Below are positions 1-7,305 of a stretch of DNA of 55,946 bases, one piece after another. Source of the stretch: Rhodothermales bacterium (GTDB lineage Bacteria > Bacteroidota > Rhodothermia > Rhodothermales > JAHQVL01). Below the pieces are notes generated by a model. The model ran no database searches, was not told where the DNA came from, and saw only the letters and a program-made list of their open reading frames with translations. Each line of letters begins with the position of its first letter. Positions within the stretch are counted from its first letter, which is position 1. The DNA lies in contig JBGCEN010000281.1 of NCBI GenBank assembly GCA_045106435.1, positions 1-55,946 of the forward strand, given 5' to 3'. Position numbers and translations under genes: made by a program.

Positions 1-198
1 CCGGTCGCCATTCTTCCGGTGTAAGTCCCTTTTTGCTAACAGTCCATCGCAGTTAACCGCACTCATTGCTGAAGCCGTATTGAGTAATGGCGTGACGGCA
101 ATCACGGGCAATACCCACCCTGCACGAAGTAGTGCACGACGGCTTACTGTATTTTTTGAAGTAGTATCTTCTGATAAATGGCTCATTAGATTATCCAT
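1..198 (-). CDS. Partial ORF running off the window start: small protein with a twin-arginine-like N-terminus (MDNLMSHLSEDTTSKNTVSRRALLRAGWVLPVIAVTPLLNTASAMSAVNCDGLLAKRDLHRKNGDR...)
   Basis: Hand-translated minus-strand frame, open from ATG at 198 (alternative ATG at 186) to base 1. SD-like AAGGTGA lies upstream. SRRxLL motif, then a hydrophobic stretch and an A-S-A site. Not in the ORF track. Confidence 0.6.
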   Translation of the reverse strand, partial: MDNLMSHLSEDTTSKNTVSRRALLRAGWVLPVIAVTPLLNTASAMSAVNCDGLLAKRDLHRKNGDR

Positions 199-444
199 TT
201 GATCACCTTACTGATTGCTTGTTAAGTACTTGATCAAAAGCCAACATGTGGCCCTCAACAGGATGCTGGCCTTGTGCCAGTCTTAATATTCACCCCTTAG
301 ACTGTACTATCGGCCGGAAGTCGTCTTCCTTTTTCATCAATTCTGTTGCAAGTGTGTGGCGAAAAAAACACACTTACTGACCGTTTTTCTTATTTTGACA
401 GCATTTTACTGGCATTCCGATATTGTAATTCATTGTGAGAAAGC

Positions 445-1398
445 ATGAACGCCTGGAGTCTACCTAAATATGGACGCATCGAAGATCTTGGTTATGGGGA
501 TTACCCCAAGCCAACGTGTGAAGCGAATAATGTACTCGTTAAAATCAAAGCAGCAGCCTTAAATCCGGCTGACCTCAAACTTATATCTGGAAAAGACGGC
601 GGTACCCTATTGCACGCGCCTAATTTTCCGCTTGTGCCTGGATATGATTTCTCCGGCGTCGTCGAAGAAGTCGGAGAACAGGTCCGTGATCTTAAGAAAA
701 ACCAGGAGGTGTTCGGGTTTCTACCTTATGCAAAATCAACAACCCAGGGTGCTCTGGGTGACTATCTTATTGCAGATGCAAATACCATCAGTCCAAAACC
801 AGCCAATGTATCTCACGAAGACGCTGCTGCTGCTGCAACCACCGGCACCACTGCGCTCATAGGCCTTCGAGACAAAAGCCGGTTGAAATCGGGGCAGCAT
901 GTGCTGATTAATGGCGCATCGGGTGGCGTTGGTAGTTTTGCCGTGCAAATTGCCCGGCAGATGGGCGCTTCAGTATGGGGTACCTCAAGTGACAAAAACC
1001 TGGATACTATTTTAAGCCTCGGCGCTGAAAAAGCAATTGATTACAAAAAGACAGGTATTTCAGATTTATCAGAAAGCTTCGATGTTTTTTTGGATGCGTC
1101 CTCTACCGCCTCATTCCATCAAGCACTTCCCCGGCTCAACAAAGGAGGCACATACGTAACACTGCTTCCCTCGGCAACGCTGGCGACTGGCATCCTCAGA
1201 AGTTTGTTCTCATCGCGAAACTGCCGGTTTGTGATTGTTAAACCCAACAGTGAGGATCTTGCACAGTTGGCAGCGTGGATGGCCGGCGGTCAGTTAAAGC
1301 CGCTGATTGGCGCGAGTTATCCGATGAAAGAAGCACAGGAAGCGTTGCGGCATCTAAAACGAGGCTGCATTGGAAAAATCGTGTTGACAAATGCATGA
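445..1398 (+). CDS. NAD(P)-dependent medium-chain dehydrogenase/reductase (zinc-independent quinone oxidoreductase-like)
   Basis: LNPAD, PGYDFSGVVEEVG and Rossmann motif INGASGGVGSFAVQIA; C-terminal GKIVL; no zinc-binding Cys cluster. Confidence 0.9.
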   Translation: MNAWSLPKYGRIEDLGYGDYPKPTCEANNVLVKIKAAALNPADLKLISGKDGGTLLHAPNFPLVPGYDFSGVVEEVGEQVRDLKKNQEVFGFLPYAKSTTQGALGDYLIADANTISPKPANVSHEDAAAAATTGTTALIGLRDKSRLKSGQHVLINGASGGVGSFAVQIARQMGASVWGTSSDKNLDTILSLGAEKAIDYKKTGISDLSESFDVFLDASSTASFHQALPRLNKGGTYVTLLPSATLATGILRSLFSSRNCRFVIVKPNSEDLAQLAAWMAGGQLKPLIGASYPMKEAQEALRHLKRGCIGKIVLTNA

Positions 1399-1535
1399 AC
1401 GCCTGTAAATAGAGGCTGAATAACTTACGCATACCATCTAAACATCTTCTGAACAACTCTTATGTAGCTTTACCTCACCTAATTGGATTCAATGCGATGC
1501 ATTCTTTTTCAAATCTAGAGTTATTCGACTAGTTA

Positions 1536-3071
1536 ATGCGCTCACTTACGTTAAAACTTATTCTTGCATTTGTAGCCATTTGCATCATTCAGGCAGGGCT
1601 TGTTGCCATGCTTGTACGAGATTCAACCCACCGATCGTTTGATCGATTTGTACAGGAAGATGCCATTCAGTCGTTTATGCAGGAGGCAACGGCCCACTAC
1701 CAGACAAATAACAGTTGGGAAGGATTACGGGCTGCACTTCCATCCTTGCGGCTGGCATCAGGCAGAAATGACCGTCCACCGCCACCGATGCGCAATAACC
1801 AACCCCCACCACCTCGCGGCGGGCCACCTCCACAGCGCGATGGTGTAAGAAATCCCGAGAGACGCAATTCGAATAATAACCAAACAAACCTGCAACCAAA
1901 CAGCCAAAAGAATAATCCACCGCTACAAAAACGCAACAATCCAGGTAGACCAGGCCCAAGCCCCGGAAGTAAAGCACCATTTTTTGGTCTCGCTGATACA
2001 ACCGGCATGGTACTCCTGCCAAACGAGTTATTTGCAGCCGGCCAGACGCTCACCCCGGCCGAGCTTAAAAAAGGGAAGCCGTTATTCATCGATGAGCAAT
2101 TTCTGGCCATTGTGCTCATGCCATCGGAACGGGTACCACTCAGTACGCAAGCCAGAGCATTTATGGCAAGCTCAGATACTGCCCTTTTTTATGCGCTTCT
2201 TGCTGCCTTAAGCGTTTCGCTCGTGCTCGGACTCTGGTTTACCAGAACGTATCTAAAACCAGTACAAGAACTTACAACAGCAGCAAAAGGACTGGCCCAG
2301 GGCCAAGCTCAAGAACCGGTACCCGTTCGTACACGGGATGAAATTGGCACCCTGACGGCCGCGTTTAACCAGATGAACGTGAAACTGGACCGCTCAAAGA
2401 CCTTGCGCCGGCAAATGACGGCTGATATTGCGCATGAGCTACGTACACCGCTGACTGTATTGACCGGCTACCTGGAAGCATTGCGTGATGGAGATCTTCA
2501 GCCAAACAAAGAGCGCATGGAGATGATGTACACAGAAGCAAAGCATCTGCAGCGACTGGTTGAGGATCTTAGATTGCTCTCTCTGGCAGATGCAGGTGAA
2601 TTACCGCTTGTACACGAATCAGTCTCTCCCCACGATCTACTGCAACGCGTGCAGACATCCTTCGCCAAGCAAGCGAATGATGCATCCATAAAGATCAATG
2701 TAGAAGCGCCGGCTACGTTAAACCGCGTTTCACTGGATCCTGTGAGAATGCTCCAGGTCCTTACCAATCTCGTCAGCAATGCACTCCGATATACACCCGC
2801 TGGCGGCACAATTACCCTGGGTGTAGAAGCCTCAGGAGATGAAGTTGTATTTTTAGTTCAAGACTCAGGCGCCGGCATCCCCGAAGAGATGCTACCGCAT
2901 ATTTTTGATCGTTTTTACAAGGCAGATCAATCCCGGCAGCAACACTTGATTACTTCAGGATTGGGATTGGCCATTGCCAAATCTATTGTTGAAGCACACA
3001 AAGGGAAGATCTCGGTATCGTCAGAGAAAGACAACGGCACTGCGTTTGAAATCAGGCTTCCGGGCATATAA
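1536..3071 (+). CDS. Membrane sensor histidine kinase (BaeS-like; two TM helices, HAMP, HisKA, HATPase_c)
   Basis: HAMP RDEIGTLTAAFNQM; H-box IAHELRTPLT; N-box NLVSNALRY; G1 DSGAGI; F-box IFDRFYK; G2 GLGLAIA. Confidence 0.93.
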   Translation: MRSLTLKLILAFVAICIIQAGLVAMLVRDSTHRSFDRFVQEDAIQSFMQEATAHYQTNNSWEGLRAALPSLRLASGRNDRPPPPMRNNQPPPPRGGPPPQRDGVRNPERRNSNNNQTNLQPNSQKNNPPLQKRNNPGRPGPSPGSKAPFFGLADTTGMVLLPNELFAAGQTLTPAELKKGKPLFIDEQFLAIVLMPSERVPLSTQARAFMASSDTALFYALLAALSVSLVLGLWFTRTYLKPVQELTTAAKGLAQGQAQEPVPVRTRDEIGTLTAAFNQMNVKLDRSKTLRRQMTADIAHELRTPLTVLTGYLEALRDGDLQPNKERMEMMYTEAKHLQRLVEDLRLLSLADAGELPLVHESVSPHDLLQRVQTSFAKQANDASIKINVEAPATLNRVSLDPVRMLQVLTNLVSNALRYTPAGGTITLGVEASGDEVVFLVQDSGAGIPEEMLPHIFDRFYKADQSRQQHLITSGLGLAIAKSIVEAHKGKISVSSEKDNGTAFEIRLPGI

Positions 3072-3083
3072 TTTAGCCACTGC

Positions 3084-3773
3084 TCAGCCACTGTCGGCAA
3101 ATCGATAGCCGGCGCCGAAGACTGTTTCTATGTAGGTCGGATTTGCACTATCAGGTTCGATCTTGGTACGCAGGTTTCGTATATGCACATCAACTGTACG
3201 CTCAACACCTTCCACGGCAATATTGTGCAGTTTTTCCAGCAACTGTGCCCGCGAATATACGCGCCCCGGATGCCCCATCATTGTGGCGAGTAATTCAAAC
3301 TCTGTCGGCGTGAGCCTTACTTCTTTCCCCTCAACCAGTACACGGTATTTATCTTTATCGAGTACGATACCGCCAGCCTTCAGTACTGCATCTACATCGG
3401 TTTCTGATGACTCAACCCGGCGCAAAACAGCCTTTATTCTAGCAACCAGTTCGCGCATGCCAAAAGGCTTCGTTACATAATCATCTGCCCCTAACTCCAG
3501 TCCAACCACCTTGTCTGTTTCATCAACCCGTGCTGTGAGCAGAATGATGGGTGTTTTATTTTCCTGGCGATGAATGCGCATGAATTCCATACCATCCAAT
3601 TCAGGCATCATAACATCCAATAGAATAAGATGCGGACGAAACTCTCTCGCCTTAAACAAAGCCTCTCTCCCATTAGCGGCTGTTTCTATCTCAAAACCGT
3701 GCTCGGCCAAGTACTCTTTGAGCATATGCCGCACGTTTAACTCGTCATCTACTACTAATATTTTCTTAGCCAA
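3084..3773 (-). CDS. OmpR/PhoB-family response regulator
   Basis: Receiver ILVVDD, DVMMPELDG, KPF; winged helix LTPTEFELL, RTVDVHIRNLRTKI, TVFGAGYRF. TTG start. Confidence 0.95.
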   Translation of the reverse strand: MAKKILVVDDELNVRHMLKEYLAEHGFEIETAANGREALFKAREFRPHLILLDVMMPELDGMEFMRIHRQENKTPIILLTARVDETDKVVGLELGADDYVTKPFGMRELVARIKAVLRRVESSETDVDAVLKAGGIVLDKDKYRVLVEGKEVRLTPTEFELLATMMGHPGRVYSRAQLLEKLHNIAVEGVERTVDVHIRNLRTKIEPDSANPTYIETVFGAGYRFADSG

Positions 3774-3901
3774 GTGCTACACCCTTCGAAGTTTTCAACT
3801 CAGTATTGCCCGATACGGCCAACAGGTACTCTTTTAACATGTCTGGTTCCTTTCGAACCTGCCAACACGCCCAAACTGGCAAATTTCGCATAAAATCGCA
3901 A

Positions 3902-3956
3902 TGGTACAATCCTTGTACAGCAGACCCATACCCAACCCAAGCTCTCCCCAAGGGCT
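3902..3956 (+). promoter_or_regulatory. Sigma54-like -24/-12 element (TGGTAC-AATCC-TTGTA, 3902-3917) followed by hairpin AGCTCT-CCCCA-AGGGCT (3940-3956)
   Basis: Same block with the same spacing upstream of the paralogous S8 gene at 7173-7227. GG-N10-GT rather than canonical GG-N10-GC. Confidence 0.5.
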
Positions 3957-4033
3957 GCCACCAGAGGACTTCATTACCTAGTTTCTTCACACAGGCGTGT
4001 AGATAGATTTCTATCCGTTTTATTGATGGTGAC

Positions 4034-6457
4034 ATGAAGCAAACTCCCGCTCGTAATCAATACAACTCAAACCGTTGGATTACGTTACTGATCGCTGGTT
4101 TAATATTTTTTAGCCCCGCAATTTTACAAGGATGCGACGGATTAACGGGGATTGCCCCGCACGAAGAAGAGACGCTTCAAACACCCCGAAATGAGCAAAT
4201 AAAGCGAGTCAATAAATTAAGGCATTCCAACCTTTTGGAAAATGCAAGCCGGCTAACAATGGATTCTGCCGGCAAATCCGGGTCCCTGGCAATCAGCCTA
4301 TTCCTTTCTTTTAACGTCTATGAAGCCGACGGCATCACTCCGCGTCTTCTAAACAGATTTGAAACAACCAATCGTATTCTCGAAGAGTACGGCATTACGC
4401 GCAGGGTGCTTGAGAAATATGGAATTACCCATCGGATATTAAACGAATACGCAATTACGCGACGCATATTAAATCAGTACGGCGTAACGAGGCGCGTGCT
4501 TGAGAAGTATGGCATCACGCCCAGACTCCTGTCTCAATTCAACGACCAGGCCACGCCTGAATTGCTTGCGGATTATGATGTTTCAGACGACGTGCTGCTT
4601 AGCGAAGGCCTGACGCAGGCGGAAATAGATGATTTCAACAGGCTTTCCGCTTTACTTACAGACTTTAACATCACCATTGAGGAATTTGTAGAGGGGCTCG
4701 AGTCTGCTGTGCAGGAAATACGCGTCAAAATATCAATTGATGGCGCAAACCTGGGTATTTCTATTGAATTGGCCTCTGCCATGCTCGAAGCCTTCCTGGA
4801 AGAAATTGGTGATGATGAAGATATTCTTTTTGCAGAGCCAGACATAACCATCGACACTGCATTACTTGGAACGACAAGTGGTGAGTGGTATGACAAGCAG
4901 GTCATCCCCTGGGGCATTACGCACACGGAAACTCCAATACCCACTTTCTTCGACCTGTTTACGGCCGGCTATGCTGCAAAAAACCCTGTACACGTATTTA
5001 TCCTTGATTCCGGAGCGCTGGAAAACTCAATGTGGGATGATCTTTACTATGTTGAAAAGAAAGACTTCACCATGCTGTTTGAAAACCCTGATCAGCTAGA
5101 ATGGGATGAGGATCTTGCAGAAGATGTGACCGGATTTGACCCGGGTGATCTTGGAAATCCGTATGATGAATCTGGACATGGTACACACATCGCCGGCACC
5201 ATTGGGGCAAATAATGACCTTATCGGTGTGGTTGGGGTCGCGCCCTTCGTCAGAATACATAGCCTTAAGGTGCTCACCAAAGAAGGCCGCACAGACATAA
5301 CAACCCTACTGGCTGCTGTAGACTATGTTACGCGCACCAAAGAGGCCAATCCTGAGTGGCCAATTGTGGTCAATATGAGTCTTGGTGTTGATATTGGCAC
5401 CACCTCGTATAATATCCTCGACGAAGCCGTTAAAGAATCCATTTCAAAAGGAGTTGTATACGTCGCCGCAGCAGGCAACAACGGTGAAGATGCGTCCACG
5501 TATTCTCCTGCACATGTCGAAGAGGTTATTACTGTCGGTGCGTACAATGAACAAAGCGAATTTAGCAGCTTCTCCAACCACGGCACTCATGTAGATATTC
5601 TTGCTCCCGGCGAAAACATTATCTCGCTGTCACATATTATCGAAGACACCCAGTCTTTTGAAAGTGTTTTAGCAAGTGGCACATCCCAGGCTGCGCCACA
5701 TGTTACCGGGGCAATTGCGCGTTATCTGGGAGAAAACCCATACGTAAATGCCGGCCAGGTAGCCAAAGCATTGCAAACCTCGGCAAATACAGTCATTACA
5801 GGTGTACCTAACGGGACTACCAATAAATCGCTCAATGTGAATGTCCTACTGCAAGACGTCTTGGTCCTGGAAGAAGGAGAACTCATCCAAGATCCATACT
5901 ATGTGGATGAAAACAAGTCTTTAACCGATGCCTCATCATCAACGGATGCTTCGAATGATGACTCTGGCTCAAGCAATAGCACTGGATTCTTCACCATGGA
6001 TGACTTTTCTACGCAGGAATACAGTGGAAGCCATGGAAGTACAGACTGGTCAGGAGACTGGATTGAATCAGGCGAATCAAATGGATATGCAAAAGGTGAT
6101 TTCCGCGTAATAGCTGACAGTAAATGTGCGGAAGGACACTGCTTGCGGATTGATACAGACAAAGAAAACAAAGCCTTGTATCGTGCTGTGGACTTGAGCG
6201 GGAGTACATCTCCGACCCTCTCTTTCGACTATAGAAGAAAAGATCTTGAGTCATCGAACTTGCACCTGGAGGTTTCCAGCGACGCCGGCGCCACCTGGTC
6301 CAGAATTTTCACCTTTAGCAATGGGAATGATGCTGCGCAAGTCCAAAAAACTCTGGACATCTCGAAATTCGTAAGCAGTACAACCCAAATCAGATTTATC
6401 GTGAATGGACAAGGCGACAATTATGTATTCATCGACAACGTCCAAATTTCATTCTAA
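4034..6457 (+). CDS. Lipoprotein S8 subtilase A: I9-like prodomain with seven 10-aa repeats, catalytic domain and C-terminal beta-sandwich domain
   Basis: Lipobox LQG-C34; prodomain end DEDILFAEPD; triad D325 (ILDSG), H382 (GHGTHIAG), S551 (GTSQAAPHV); oxyanion AAGN; repeats at aa 101-170. Confidence 0.92.
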   Translation: MKQTPARNQYNSNRWITLLIAGLIFFSPAILQGCDGLTGIAPHEEETLQTPRNEQIKRVNKLRHSNLLENASRLTMDSAGKSGSLAISLFLSFNVYEADGITPRLLNRFETTNRILEEYGITRRVLEKYGITHRILNEYAITRRILNQYGVTRRVLEKYGITPRLLSQFNDQATPELLADYDVSDDVLLSEGLTQAEIDDFNRLSALLTDFNITIEEFVEGLESAVQEIRVKISIDGANLGISIELASAMLEAFLEEIGDDEDILFAEPDITIDTALLGTTSGEWYDKQVIPWGITHTETPIPTFFDLFTAGYAAKNPVHVFILDSGALENSMWDDLYYVEKKDFTMLFENPDQLEWDEDLAEDVTGFDPGDLGNPYDESGHGTHIAGTIGANNDLIGVVGVAPFVRIHSLKVLTKEGRTDITTLLAAVDYVTRTKEANPEWPIVVNMSLGVDIGTTSYNILDEAVKESISKGVVYVAAAGNNGEDASTYSPAHVEEVITVGAYNEQSEFSSFSNHGTHVDILAPGENIISLSHIIEDTQSFESVLASGTSQAAPHVTGAIARYLGENPYVNAGQVAKALQTSANTVITGVPNGTTNKSLNVNVLLQDVLVLEEGELIQDPYYVDENKSLTDASSSTDASNDDSGSSNSTGFFTMDDFSTQEYSGSHGSTDWSGDWIESGESNGYAKGDFRVIADSKCAEGHCLRIDTDKENKALYRAVDLSGSTSPTLSFDYRRKDLESSNLHLEVSSDAGATWSRIFTFSNGNDAAQVQKTLDISKFVSSTTQIRFIVNGQGDNYVFIDNVQISF

Positions 6458-6564
6458 TACTGTAATACAAACCGGACTTCCTGGGAAAAGGTAGTGCTTA
6501 CCACGGCCCCAGGCAGTCAATCAACCACCATTTTAAACCATCAATACAAACCAACACAAATACT

Positions 6565-6648
6565 ATGTTTGATTATCTATGGGACTTCTTTTTCGGCGGT
6601 AGCGGAGACGACATGGACTCTACAGAACGTGTTTTTGATCGCTTCTAA
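6565..6648 (+). CDS. Small peptide ORF copy 1, 27 aa: MFDYLWDFFFGGSGDDMDSTERVFDRF
   Basis: ATG 6565 to TAA 6648. Homologous to three other intact ORFs in the window; differences from copy 3 are mostly synonymous. Confidence 0.8.
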   Translation: MFDYLWDFFFGGSGDDMDSTERVFDRF

Positions 6649-6733
6649 TCCATCTTGCATCTAACCTACTCCACTTTCTCACCAGTACTTTATTCCACCC
6701 GCGTTTTTTAAACCTAAAACCAATAATTAAACC

Positions 6734-6817
6734 ATGCTTGATTATCTATGGGACCTGTTCTTTGGCGGCGACTCAGAAGAGTTAAACTCCACCCAACGTA
6801 TTTTTGACCGCTATTAA
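6734..6817 (+). CDS. Small peptide ORF copy 2, 27 aa: MLDYLWDLFFGGDSEELNSTQRIFDRY
   Basis: ATG 6734 to TAA 6817; conserved DYLWD..FFGG and RIFDRY ends; A-rich upstream region. Confidence 0.8.
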   Translation: MLDYLWDLFFGGDSEELNSTQRIFDRY

Positions 6818-6819
6818 AG

Positions 6820-6892
6820 CGTCATGCCAAACCATATGCTCAACTTGATTGGGTAGGGCTTGTCTGGATCCTGAATCAAGTCCAGGATGACG
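6820..6892. repeat. REP/MITE-like imperfect palindrome with CGTCAT...ATGACG ends
   Basis: The left arm contains caacttgatt and the right arm is gatcctgaatcaagtccaggatgacg. Same terminal hexamers as the element at 22405-22517. Confidence 0.55.
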
Positions 6893-7172
6893 TTTTGCTA
6901 AGTTGTGACATAGAGACAGGACTTGATCGAAGAAAACACGGTAATTTGCCTTGCCAGACAAGACAGCTTTTTTAAACTCCTAATCCCGCATCAATAACAA
7001 CAACCTGTACACGCACAAGACAAACTTTTTTGTCAGTATTTCAATCGCTCCACTTAAACCACTAATTCAACAACTACCACTAGCTATGTTAAAATGTACC
7101 CTTTGACCTTTACGGGTTTCTTTTTGAATCCACCCAAGCAGACAAAGCCGCTAATTTCGCCTAAAATTGTGC

Positions 7173-7227
7173 TGGCACAATCCTTGTAAAAGATATTTGC
7201 ACCCTACCAAAGCTCTCCCCAAGGGCT
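7173..7227 (+). promoter_or_regulatory. Sigma54-like -24/-12 element (TGGCAC-AATCC-TTGTA, 7173-7188) followed by hairpin AGCTCT-CCCCA-AGGGCT (7211-7227)
   Basis: Matches the 3902-3956 block, with an identical 22-nt gap between promoter element and hairpin. Confidence 0.55.
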
Positions 7228-7305
7228 TACATCAAAGGACTTCATCATTCCCGGCTCTACTGGAATGTGCGCAGATGGATTTAATAATCTATCTTGGAAA
7301 CTTAA

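Noticed and set aside
6565-6600. Classical double-glycine bacteriocin or lanthipeptide precursor assignment
   Set aside because: The leader is only 12 aa and lacks LSxxELxxIxGG, the cores have no Cys, and the window has no C39 peptidase-ABC transporter or modification enzyme.
7086-7150. Possible sixth, highly decayed peptide copy (one frame reads FDLYGFLFESTQADK; shares agctatgt and tccacccaa with other copies)
   Set aside because: The ATG frame stops after 6 codons, the WD, FFGG and FDR anchors are missing, and it runs into the promoter block. Similarity could be chance.
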